This document shows, piece after piece, positions 49,498-64,000 of a DNA stretch of 64,000 nt. The translations under genes were made by a program, and so were the position numbers. This DNA comes from an uncultured Prevotellaceae bacterium (GTDB lineage: Bacteria > Bacteroidota > Bacteroidia > Bacteroidales > Bacteroidaceae). Where the stretch lies: the NCBI GenBank assembly GCA_900318915.1, contig ONMI01000012.1, positions 15,515 to 79,514 of the forward strand. Reading direction: 5' to 3'. Below the pieces are notes generated by a model. It was given only the letters and a program-made list of their open reading frames with translations, searched no databases and was not told the origin of the DNA. The stretch's first letter is position 1, and each line of letters begins with the position of its first letter.

Positions 49498-49975
49498 CCG
49501 TAGGGGCTTCTCAATTTCAGCGCGCAGCGCGATTAATTTTTGAATTTAATTTTTGAATAATTTCTCGCTCGCAGAGCGACCCCGAATCAGAAGTCCCGTA
49601 GGGGCTTCCCCAATCTGTCAGCATTGATTCTGTTTGATTTTGATCAGATCTTGCGAGATTTCTCGCTCGCAGAGCGACCCCGAATCAGAAGTCCCGTAGA
49701 GGCTTCCCCAATCTGTCAGCATCGATTCTGTTTGATTTTGATCAGATTTTGCGAGATTTCTCGCTCGCAGAGCGACTCCGAATCAGAAGTCCCATAGGGG
49801 CTTCTCAATTTCAGCGCGCAGCGCGATTAATATTTGAATTTAATTTTTGAATAATTTCTCGCTCGCAGAGCGACTCCGAATCAGAAGTCCCGTAGGGGCT
49901 TCCCCAATCTGTCAGCATTGATTCTGTTTGATTTTGATCAGATTTTGCGAGATTTCTCGCTCGCAGAGCGACTCC
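49487..49975. repeat. Five tandem 98-bp units with a constant hairpin-rich half and two alternative 49-nt halves (A-B-B-A-B)
   Basis: Unit starts 49487, 49585, 49683, 49781, 49879; constant ATTTCTCGCTCGCAGAGCGACYCCGAATCAGAAGTCCCGTAGGGGCTTC. Confidence 0.92.
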
Positions 49976-49984
49976 TCCCCCAAA

Positions 49985-50938
49985 TTACTGCCCCTTGAAC
50001 AGCTCCTTGATGCCGCCCAGGCTGCCCATCACATTGGTAGCCTCATACGGCAAGTACACCGTCTTGGTCTTGTCGCCCTTGGCCAGCTCCTCCATCATCT
50101 GGATATACTTCTGCGCCAGCAGGTAGTTCGCCGGATTCGTGCAGTCGCCCACCGCCTCGGTGATTTTCTTGATGGCCACGGCCTCGGCCTCGGCCACGCG
50201 GATGCGTGCGGTGGCCACACCCTCAGCCTCGAGTATGGCCTGCTGTTTCTGGGCCTCGGCACGGTTTATCATGGCCGCCTTGTCGCCTTCCGACTGCAGG
50301 ATCTGCGACTGCTTTTCACCCTCGCTCGTGAGGATGGCGGCACGCTTGTTACGCTCGGCCTGCATCTGCTTCTCCATGGCCGAGAGCACACTCTCCGGCG
50401 GCGTGATGTCCTGCAGCTCCACGCGGTTCACCTTGATGCCCCATTTGTTGGTGGCATCGTCGAGCACGGCGCGCAGTTTGGTGTTCACGGTGTCGCGCGA
50501 GGTGAGGGTCTGGTCGAGCTCCATCTCGCCGATGATGTTACGCAGGGTGGTCTGTGTCAGTTTCTCGATGGCGTTGGGCAGGTTGTTTATCTCATACACA
50601 GCCTTGAAGGGGTCCACAATCTGGAAGTAGAGCAGTGCGTTGATGCCCATCTGGATGTTGTCCTTGGTAATCACGTTCTGCTTGTCGAAGTCGTACACCT
50701 GCTCCCTCAGGTCGATGGAGTCGGAGTACATGTAGCGTCCGCGCTGCAGGGTGACGATGCTCTTGGCCGAGTCGATGAAGGGGATGATGATGTTGATGCC
50801 CGGGCTCAGGGTGGCGTGGTAGCGTCCCAGTCGCTCTATGATTTTGGTTTCCGACTGCGGTATGATGACCAGTGTCTTCTTGGCGATGATGACCGCAAGC
50901 ACGATGAGCGCGATCAGTACGATGGATGTTACACTCAT
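49985..50938 (-). CDS. SPFH/band-7 (stomatin/QmcA-like) protein
   Basis: IIERLGRY, PG...IPFID, VITKDN, LRNIIG, WGIKVNRVE, QMQAER.KRA. Confidence 0.93.
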   Translation of the reverse strand: MSVTSIVLIALIVLAVIIAKKTLVIIPQSETKIIERLGRYHATLSPGINIIIPFIDSAKSIVTLQRGRYMYSDSIDLREQVYDFDKQNVITKDNIQMGINALLYFQIVDPFKAVYEINNLPNAIEKLTQTTLRNIIGEMELDQTLTSRDTVNTKLRAVLDDATNKWGIKVNRVELQDITPPESVLSAMEKQMQAERNKRAAILTSEGEKQSQILQSEGDKAAMINRAEAQKQQAILEAEGVATARIRVAEAEAVAIKKITEAVGDCTNPANYLLAQKYIQMMEELAKGDKTKTVYLPYEATNVMGSLGGIKELFKGQ

Positions 50939-51014
50939 GATAAAACAGTTTTTGGGGTTATGGGGTGAAGAATGATTTTAATGGAAAATAGGGTAGGGGC
51001 GGAGCGGCCGGCCA

Positions 51015-51473
51015 TCAAGCCTCGGCCACCCGCTCCACGGTCACGATGATGCTGTCGAGGCTCACGATGCGCACGCGCTCGCCCTTGGCGATGGCCGATC
51101 CGTCGGCGCTCAGTGCCTTCCAGTCGTCACCGTCCACGGCCACGCGTCCGTATCCGCCGGCCTCTATGTCCTGGCTCACGGTGCCGATACGTCCTGGCAG
51201 CGCATCGGCGTTGCTCAGTCGGTTTTCGGTGTTCCGGTGCAGGTATTGCTTGGCCAGCGGTCTGAGGTAGAACACGCTGAGCAGCGAGCACACCACGAAG
51301 ATGATAATCTGCAGCACCACGCCGGCTCCCAGTCCGGTGGCGGCGGCTGCGCAGAGAGCGCCCACCGAGAACGAGAGGATGAAGAGGTCGCCCGAGCCCA
51401 GTTCGAGTATGAGGCAGAGCAGCGACACCAGCACCCAGATAAGCCAGATGTTCTGTGATAGATAGTCAATCAT
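51015..51473 (-). CDS. NfeD-like membrane protein
   Basis: Three TM helices, GRVAVDGDDWKA OB-fold; directly upstream of SPFH. Confidence 0.9.
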   Translation of the reverse strand: MIDYLSQNIWLIWVLVSLLCLILELGSGDLFILSFSVGALCAAAATGLGAGVVLQIIIFVVCSLLSVFYLRPLAKQYLHRNTENRLSNADALPGRIGTVSQDIEAGGYGRVAVDGDDWKALSADGSAIAKGERVRIVSLDSIIVTVERVAEA

Positions 51474-51488
51474 GGCGACGGAGTTTTT

Positions 51489-52322
51489 TTATTTTCCTTT
51501 GTAGTATTTCAGAGCCTGGGGCAGGAATTTGTTCTGAATATCGCTGATGCGTTGGGCGTCAGAGGGGTGCGAGCTGAGCCAGGTGGGGGTGTTGGCACCG
51601 CCCGAGCTGGCCATGCGCTGCCAGAAACTCACGGCCACGCGCGGGTCGTATCCGGCCATCGCGGCGAAGACGAGACCCATGTGGTCGGCCTCTGTCTCAT
51701 TGTTGCGCGAGTATTTCAGGTTCATGAGGCTGGCAGCCTGTCCGGCCACGGCGGTGGCTATGCTGGCGGTGCCGGCGTCCACACCCACAGCCTGGAGCAC
51801 ACCGCCCAGAATCTGTGTGCCGGTCGAGGCGTGCTGCTGTTTGGTGATTTGTTCGGCCGAGTGTTTGGCCACGGCGTGTGCCACCTCATGTCCGAGCACG
51901 ATGGCGAGCGAGGCCTCGTTCTGTGTCACGGGGAGGAGTCCCTCGTAGACCACGATTTTTCCGCCTGGCATGCAGAAGGCGTTCACGTTGGGGTCCTGTA
52001 CCAGGTTGAACTCCCACTTGAAGTTCTGCACCTCGTTGGCATAGCCGTTTTGGGTCAGGTAGGTCTCCACGGCAGTGGCTATCCGCTGTCCCACGCGCTT
52101 CACCATGGCGGTGTTGGCGGCGTTGGTCGAGGGCTTGGCGGTCCTCATATACTCCTGATACTGCTGCTGACTCAGACTCAGAATGGTCTGGTCGTCTACG
52201 GCGATGCGCTGTTTTCTGCCGGTGATGGGCACGGTGCTGGTGGTGCCACAGGAGGCGAGAATCACGACGGTGAGAGCGAGGAGCCAGCTCCTCATGAAAT
52301 GTTTGGTTGCGATTTTTTTCAT
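51489..52322 (-). CDS. M48 family zinc metallopeptidase lipoprotein
   Basis: Lipobox LASC, NAFCMPGG, HEVAH, ETEAD, SSHP. Confidence 0.92.
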   Translation of the reverse strand: MKKIATKHFMRSWLLALTVVILASCGTTSTVPITGRKQRIAVDDQTILSLSQQQYQEYMRTAKPSTNAANTAMVKRVGQRIATAVETYLTQNGYANEVQNFKWEFNLVQDPNVNAFCMPGGKIVVYEGLLPVTQNEASLAIVLGHEVAHAVAKHSAEQITKQQHASTGTQILGGVLQAVGVDAGTASIATAVAGQAASLMNLKYSRNNETEADHMGLVFAAMAGYDPRVAVSFWQRMASSGGANTPTWLSSHPSDAQRISDIQNKFLPQALKYYKGK

Positions 52323-52400
52323 TGTTCTTTTTATTTTTATGATTGTTGTTGTCTTTTTGAGGTTGTGGCGCGGGCGGGCCGTCGGCCGGTTGAGGCGCAC

Positions 52401-52901
52401 CTATTCGTCGCCGGTGGCCAGTTGGGTGCCGGCGGCGGCAGCGGTCGATGCTATCAGGTCAATCTGCTCATGAATCTTGTTGCTGAACTGGTGGGGCCGC
52501 AGGATAAACTCGAAGCTGTCGGTCTGCTCGCCTGTCGACACCTCCACGTCGCCGTAGCCGAAGATGCGTCCGGCTATGCTCTGCTTGGTGGCCACCGCCT
52601 CTATCTTGCGCAGCATCAGTTCGGCCGTCTCGCGCTGTATGATGCCCGTCTTCTTGATGATGCGTTTGTTGGTCAGGATATAGCGCTTGCCGTTGTTGAG
52701 CGCCACAATCCAGAGCAGCGCCACCACGAGCAGCGCGCCCGAGCAGTAGAGCATATATTTCACAGGAGCCTGCAGGGGCAGGAAGGGCAGCACCACGGCC
52801 AGCAGCACCAGCAGTGCCGGCAGCCAATAGAGGAAGTAATGGAATTGAGCTTCGGCTATGATGGTCTCGCCGTTCATCAGGTTATAATTATTCTGACTCA
52901 T
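52401..52901 (-). CDS. Bacterial PH (bPH_2) domain membrane protein
   Basis: Two TM helices, YILTNKRII..G, QSIAGRIFGYGDV. Confidence 0.85.
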   Translation of the reverse strand: MSQNNYNLMNGETIIAEAQFHYFLYWLPALLVLLAVVLPFLPLQAPVKYMLYCSGALLVVALLWIVALNNGKRYILTNKRIIKKTGIIQRETAELMLRKIEAVATKQSIAGRIFGYGDVEVSTGEQTDSFEFILRPHQFSNKIHEQIDLIASTAAAAGTQLATGDE

Positions 52902-53172
52902 ACGTAGTAAATTATTTTTGTTTTATACTCAGCCTCTCATAAGGCCTTATTATGCCACAAAAATACAAAAAAAATCAAAACTCCCGCTTTTTTATCATAA
53001 AAATTGCGTTTACTGGGCCATGCCCACCTTTTTCGCTCACCAAGAATCCTGTCCTAATGAGTTGCAATTCTCACTCCCCACCCCTTGTAGGCCTTGTAGG
53101 GGCGGGGGCTCTGCTCTTATTATTTCTCTTCCCGTCTAATTATGATTAATTTCGGTTTACGGGGGGACAAAT

Positions 53173-59294
<6,122 letters not shown>

Positions 59295-59451
59295 CCCTTC
59301 AGTTGTAATACATTAAGTATCAAACTGTTTATAACAAAAAAACGCGAACATGTAGCAAATAACATGGTCAAGAGAATACATTTTTGTGTAAATGCTTGAA
59401 TGACAATAGGTGCGAAGATTCCGACATTAATGTATTGCATCCAGTTCGCAA
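59295..59451 (-). promoter_or_regulatory. CRISPR leader
   Basis: AT-rich non-coding segment between cas2 stop and first repeat; contains TGCGAA...TTCGCA inverted motif. Confidence 0.8.
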
Positions 59452-59742
59452 TTAAATGATAATCACTTCATCGATATCAAAAGACGTCTCCTTTCCTAAT
59501 CTGTCTATGTTTCGGCTCTTATTTTTATTAATATGATAAAAGCGGACGCTGTCAAGACTATCGTCTATGATATCTTTAATGGTGTCTTTTAGAATTATGT
59601 ATTGTACCTCCGTTACTTCACATTCGAATACAGAATTCTGAACTCTTTGTCCGTAATTCTGACAGATACGAGCAACTTTGCGAAGCCTTTTTTTACCGGT
59701 TTCGCTAGTAGTATCAACGTCATATGTAACCAAGATGTACAT
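59452..59742 (-). CDS. cas2: CRISPR-associated endonuclease Cas2
   Basis: LVTYDV, RLRKVA..C..YGQRVQNSVFEC, DSVRFY. Confidence 0.97.
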   Translation of the reverse strand: MYILVTYDVDTTSETGKKRLRKVARICQNYGQRVQNSVFECEVTEVQYIILKDTIKDIIDDSLDSVRFYHINKNKSRNIDRLGKETSFDIDEVIII

Positions 59743-59748
59743 TTTTTC

Positions 59749-60771
59749 TTATTTTATGAGGAATACAGGGTAATCATCTATTTCTTCTCTAATATGTCTA
59801 ACTAATAACATAGCTTGTGCATGTGGTATAAGGCCTATTGGTATCTTTTCATTTAAATAAGGATGAATGATAGTTTCTTTTTTACGATTTTGCCATGCAG
59901 TGAGAAAAGTCCGTCTTCCGTTGTCAGTTAAAACAACTCCTAACTCTCCTTGAAAGAGAAAATCTTTAGGGGTTATTTGCCGCCTGTTTATAAGTGAAAT
60001 AACGAAACGATCCCCTAGATATGCGCGTAATTCTTCTGTCATATCTAGTGCTAAAGAAGCTCGCCCTGGCCTTAAAGTGTGGAGGAAACCGACATAAGGG
60101 TCAAGGCCTATAGTTTCAAGAGCTGCTGTTATATCGTTGGTTATTAGAGTATACGCGAGTGAGAGCATGGCGTTAATGGCGTCTTTGGGTGGTCGCCGAT
60201 TACGGCCGGAAAAAGGAAAACTTTCCTGTTGCTGTGTTAAAAGAGAAGGAAAAACCTCAAAATATTTGTTTGCAGCCATTCCTTCTATGCCCATTAAGGA
60301 AAGAGAGTCGGAAGTGAGAAGAGAATCACGTTTAAGATAATCCAAAGCATTTACAGCAGATTCTACTTTAGAATCGTTGCCATAATCTCTAATAAATCGA
60401 CGAAGAATGTTGCGATAGTTTTGTATTTTACCTGCTATCATCAACTGCGCGACATGTAAAGACCATCTCTTATCATCTGATAATTGATACTGTTTCTTCC
60501 TTAGCAGAACATTGCCTCGTGTTTGACCCTGAATACGACTTATAAACCTTCCATTCGGTGAAAGAAAGGTAAGTGAAACATTGTTTTCTGTGCATAGCTT
60601 CATCAGTCCTGGGCTGACACCCATATAGCCAAAGGTGACAATTCCCTCTATGTTTATGATAGGAATACGAAAAACTTCTTGCTGTTGGACAGAAACAACA
60701 ACATTCAAGCCATCCTTGCTTAAATAAGCTTCAGGAGTGGTGATATACAGGGTGTTAAGAAGTTTCCTCAT
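59749..60771 (-). CDS. cas1: Type I-C Cas1
   Basis: MRKLLNTLYIT, GNVLLR..Q, GIEG..A, RNRRPPKD, GLDPYVGFLH, LALD..EE. Confidence 0.97.
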   Translation of the reverse strand: MRKLLNTLYITTPEAYLSKDGLNVVVSVQQQEVFRIPIINIEGIVTFGYMGVSPGLMKLCTENNVSLTFLSPNGRFISRIQGQTRGNVLLRKKQYQLSDDKRWSLHVAQLMIAGKIQNYRNILRRFIRDYGNDSKVESAVNALDYLKRDSLLTSDSLSLMGIEGMAANKYFEVFPSLLTQQQESFPFSGRNRRPPKDAINAMLSLAYTLITNDITAALETIGLDPYVGFLHTLRPGRASLALDMTEELRAYLGDRFVISLINRRQITPKDFLFQGELGVVLTDNGRRTFLTAWQNRKKETIIHPYLNEKIPIGLIPHAQAMLLVRHIREEIDDYPVFLIK

Positions 60772-61426
60772 AAAGATACTTGTTAAGATAACTAGTAACC
60801 TCTAATTTCTCATATAATTCAGGTAAACAAATATCATGTAAAGAGCATTTATTACATTTCTTACTTGGCGAAGCAGGAGGTATTATGCCTGTTTTGAATA
60901 TTTCGTGCATTTCTTCAGAGCATTTCTTTACGATGCTTCGCAAATCATCTCCAATATGCAAATCAACTCTTTGCCTTATCTCAGCATAAAAGAATGCACC
61001 CCATGATATTTTGATTCCATGCTTTTCTTCTAAACACATAGCTTGGGCTGCTAATTGTACCTCATCTTCTCTATCTTTTTTAGGGTGACCATGCTTGTAT
61101 TCTACAGGATAAGGATGCCAAAGACCTGGATATTTTGGGTGCGTGATACTGTTCTCTTTATCATCTGTTGGATGCAACTCTACAACATCTGTAATGCCAT
61201 ATAGACCAAGTTCGTGTGAAGCGATGTTTACCGAGCGTAATGATATATAATCACCGCACTTTTGTCTGTAGAATGGATCATTTACACGTTTATGGAGAAT
61301 TTGCCCTTCTGCAGTAAGCCCATTGTCTTGCCATTGCTGGTCAATATGAATCAATGCCCATTGTCGGGGACAGAACCGAAAGTGCTGAATCCCCGACAAC
61401 ATGAGCATATCATCGTCACTATACAT
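60755..61426 (-). CDS. cas4: Cas4 exonuclease
   Basis: LSGIQHFRFCPRQWAL, DVVE, PVEYK, QL..Q..CLEE, C..CSL...C. Confidence 0.96.
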   Translation of the reverse strand: MYSDDDMLMLSGIQHFRFCPRQWALIHIDQQWQDNGLTAEGQILHKRVNDPFYRQKCGDYISLRSVNIASHELGLYGITDVVELHPTDDKENSITHPKYPGLWHPYPVEYKHGHPKKDREDEVQLAAQAMCLEEKHGIKISWGAFFYAEIRQRVDLHIGDDLRSIVKKCSEEMHEIFKTGIIPPASPSKKCNKCSLHDICLPELYEKLEVTSYLNKYLYEETS

Positions 61427-61434
61427 ATTAATGT

Positions 61435-62289
61435 TTATTCAAAATTGAGCACCTCAACTTTGCCTGCAGTGATATCTGCAACCTTAGACTTGATTTCATC
61501 TATAGGAGTAATGATATAGTCCTCAAAACTACGAGGATATTCAATACCATCTTTTTTCTTTATGTTCACAAGCTCGAAAAGTTGAGAAGCACGAGCATTT
61601 CCAAGTTTTGATTCGTGTTTGAAAACAATAAGTGCTCTTGCATTCATTTCACCACGTGCAGCAGCATGGTCATGTTCGAAAGCATTCATAAGAGCTTCCC
61701 AAAGTAGCTCCAAGTCTTTTTCACTAAAGTGACATTTTTCTCCATCAAAAGCGGAAACATAACCGTGCATGCGGTAAAGGCCATAGCTGACGGTGGATTT
61801 ATTCCCAAAAGTCGTAGAATCTGCTTTGTCTACGACGCAGCATCTTGTTAATGAATGTGTCCGGCTGTCGATGGGGTCAACAGAGCGTGAGAAGACAAAT
61901 TGGACGGGACCTCTTACAACGCCTAGACTATCACCTGTACTAAGAACTGCACCGAAAGTCCTGATGTCGTAGTATTTATCACACATATTGAACAAGCCTT
62001 TCTTCTCGTCGTTACCGGAATCTTTCTTTACTGTATTAATTATCTCGTTTAGAACGCTCCCTTGACGTATAAATATGTCAAATTTTGCGGAATCTAGGTC
62101 GCCAGAAGCAACTTTTAGTTGAACGTAGTTACGTACTTTACGCTTGATACAAACATCGGAAACAAGACCTTCTCTTGTTTCAAAATCGATTCTTGGCTGA
62201 TTGTCAAAATCAGGGTCACCGTTGGGATTACCGTCTTTTACATCATAAATAAAGACGAAATCATACCTGTTTTTAATGTACTTTTCCAT
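61435..62289 (-). CDS. cas7: Type I-C Cas7 (Csd2)
   Basis: NRYDF, GNPNGDPD..N.PR, VSDVCIKRKVR, DIRTFGAV, VRGPVQ, HDHAAARG. Confidence 0.95.
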   Translation of the reverse strand: MEKYIKNRYDFVFIYDVKDGNPNGDPDFDNQPRIDFETREGLVSDVCIKRKVRNYVQLKVASGDLDSAKFDIFIRQGSVLNEIINTVKKDSGNDEKKGLFNMCDKYYDIRTFGAVLSTGDSLGVVRGPVQFVFSRSVDPIDSRTHSLTRCCVVDKADSTTFGNKSTVSYGLYRMHGYVSAFDGEKCHFSEKDLELLWEALMNAFEHDHAAARGEMNARALIVFKHESKLGNARASQLFELVNIKKKDGIEYPRSFEDYIITPIDEIKSKVADITAGKVEVLNFE

Positions 62290-62324
62290 AATTATATGCA
62301 ATTGTTAGTTAATTTCTTCTGCTT

Positions 62325-62675
62325 TTATTCTGCCTTTTTGTGATTTTTTTGAAAATAATATCCTAAAGCGAACTCACCTTGTTCTATTGTGGTAAATCTA
62401 TTAGGAATTCTTCCTGTCTCACTAATTTTCCCAGCTATGTCATTCAGCTCTTTCGCTAGATATCCATTTATCTTATGCTGATAAATAGGTACATTTTTAG
62501 TCAATAATGTTCCAAAAACGTGAGCTGGTTGTGCGGCTGCAGCAGCAAAGAATTTGTCTTTTATGCTACTATTTACATTACCCATGGCCTTCCACTGCAT
62601 TGTTTCTATAATAGCAAATAGTCTGCCACACAAATAGGCCACACTTGTGTTTGCTTCGTCTAATGATGATTTCAT
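62325..62675 (-). CDS. Putative internally translated Cas11c small subunit
   Basis: In-frame ATG (MKSSLDEANTSVAYLCGRLFA) after an A-rich stretch, at the position where Cas11c starts within cas8c in characterised I-C systems. Confidence 0.6.
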   Translation of the reverse strand: MKSSLDEANTSVAYLCGRLFAIIETMQWKAMGNVNSSIKDKFFAAAAAQPAHVFGTLLTKNVPIYQHKINGYLAKELNDIAGKISETGRIPNRFTTIEQGEFALGYYFQKNHKKAE

Positions 62676-64000
62676 ATTGTTTTGGTTGTTACGATTTATA
62701 ATCAGTTTGATAATAGCGGCTCTGTTAGAATTGAAAGAATCTCCTTTCCAAAGCCTATTTAGTACAAATTGTAGCAAGTCAATCGGGATTTTATACGAAT
62801 TTCCCTTAATGGCTGCATTCCATAGCATTGTGCCTATCGTCGACGTGGAGTTTAAATCGCCTTTAGTTTTTTCTCCCTTTCTTTTATCGCGTTGAGATGA
62901 TAATATTAATAAACCAAGTGAATTGTATACTTTTTCATTATTGCTGTTAATAATTTCTATATCTTGAAACCACTTTGCGATATTAGTTTTATAATCATCC
63001 AAACTAATAGCAGTCCAGTCGCGAACAGCTATTCGTGCAGCAGCTGAAGATATTGTACAACAATAGAATATGTTGGTATCAATTGTAGAAGCTTTGCTGT
63101 TATTCCCGCTCCAAACAGATTCCAGAAAACTTTTTACCCATGAAGAATCAGGAGGATTAACAATAGCAAATGGGTTGATGTCCTCGGCGTCATGTCTGGT
63201 CCAGAATAATGCTACGGTAGAATCACTTATTTTAATCCTGTGATTGTATTCATACCGTAATTTTTCCCCTTCACTATTAACTTGATATCCGTCAGAAAGT
63301 AAGAATTTTAAACCTTCGATGTAGTTTCTCGCACAGTCCCTACATATGAAAGAATTAAGATTTCCTTTTAAACCATAAGACTCAAATGCGGGTTCATTAA
63401 AAGATACTAAAGCACAGCCGGCAGATTGTCCTTTCGGTAATTTAACCAATCCATGTGGTTCATCTAAAACGGGACTGTTTGCATTCCCGCAAATGGAACA
63501 AACGCGCTTGGTTGTGAGGCGGCGCTCATTGTCTTGAAAATGTTTTGTAATGGCCTCTCTTACTTCTTCTTTTTTTAAAAATAATGAATCCCCTAATAAC
63601 ATGAATGTTATATTCCCATCTTTTGAATCTTTGTCAAACTTGAAAACCGACTCTGATATGGCTTTCGTTAATCCATTTTTGTTCTTATCTTCATAAAATT
63701 TAAAAATAGGTTCAATTATAGGAAGATCATCTTTATATTGAAAAAGCTTGTCGATGAATAATACGTGTTTTTTGCTCACGTTCTTATCAGTAATACCAAG
63801 GACTTCCTCGCTTTTCCCTATTAGTAAATAAGATTCTGCTTTCTTTAAAAGAATGGCTTCGGTTTGAACTGTCTGCTCTTCTCTTACACTAAATTCTTTA
63901 AACTCACCACTTTCATTAATAACAATTACTAGGTTATAAGTAACATTCTTAAGAATTGATTTTTTCTTGTTCTTAGACTTTGATGATGCAATGTCTTTAA
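62325..64000 (-). CDS. cas8c: Type I-C Cas8c (Csd1), 5'-partial
   Basis: C..C, LVSFN..AFESYG, AARIAVR, AYLCGRLFA, QGEFALGYY; frame stays open from 63998 through the track start at 63779. Confidence 0.92.
   Translation of the reverse strand, partial: KDIASSKSKNKKKSILKNVTYNLVIVINESGEFKEFSVREEQTVQTEAILLKKAESYLLIGKSEEVLGITDKNVSKKHVLFIDKLFQYKDDLPIIEPIFKFYEDKNKNGLTKAISESVFKFDKDSKDGNITFMLLGDSLFLKKEEVREAITKHFQDNERRLTTKRVCSICGNANSPVLDEPHGLVKLPKGQSAGCALVSFNEPAFESYGLKGNLNSFICRDCARNYIEGLKFLLSDGYQVNSEGEKLRYEYNHRIKISDSTVALFWTRHDAEDINPFAIVNPPDSSWVKSFLESVWSGNNSKASTIDTNIFYCCTISSAAARIAVRDWTAISLDDYKTNIAKWFQDIEIINSNNEKVYNSLGLLILSSQRDKRKGEKTKGDLNSTSTIGTMLWNAAIKGNSYKIPIDLLQFVLNRLWKGDSFNSNRAAIIKLIINRNNQNNMKSSLDEANTSVAYLCGRLFAIIETMQWKAMGNVNSSIKDKFFAAAAAQPAHVFGTLLTKNVPIYQHKINGYLAKELNDIAGKISETGRIPNRFTTIEQGEFALGYYFQKNHKKAE

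Noticed and set aside
49487-49975. Second bona fide CRISPR array
   Set aside because: Only two recurring 'spacer' types, a ~49-nt constant part, no leader and no GAAAC end; kept as an unusual repeat instead

Overview
Chromosomal window from a Bacteroidales (Prevotella-like) bacterium, judged from TAnnTTTG promoter boxes, many proteins with T9SS-type C-terminal tails and GC-rich codon usage. It starts with a START-like gene and tRNA-Met, followed by a small mosaic of whole and fragmentary surface-protein genes. Next come cysK-cysE with a Cys-Cys-Cys leader peptide and full attenuator geometry, and a three-gene operon: an LRR/dockerin protein, a 2.4-kaa cohesin/CARDB/Calx-beta protein with an AT-rich Cys-rich insert, and an unannotated 48-aa YxxP peptide. 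The middle holds GH5, a CDF transporter, tRNA-Lys, T9SS cargo, a nuclease, Nif3/Zn-ribbon, a MITE-like element, LytTR/HK, Sel1, CotH, GH51, an ECF sigma factor and a radical SAM gene. It also holds an Hhe-like DUF4011 helicase-nuclease, a CopA-like ATPase lacking its N-domain, a divergent WecB, several short-period tandem repeats, a 5x98-bp two-variant array and SPFH/NfeD/M48. The window ends in a type I-C CRISPR-Cas locus (93 repeats, 92 spacers by manual count; cas2-cas1-cas4-cas7-cas8c partial) whose overlapping spacers reveal a TTC PAM and repeated targeting of variant invaders. All family assignments are by motif recognition only; no searches were run.
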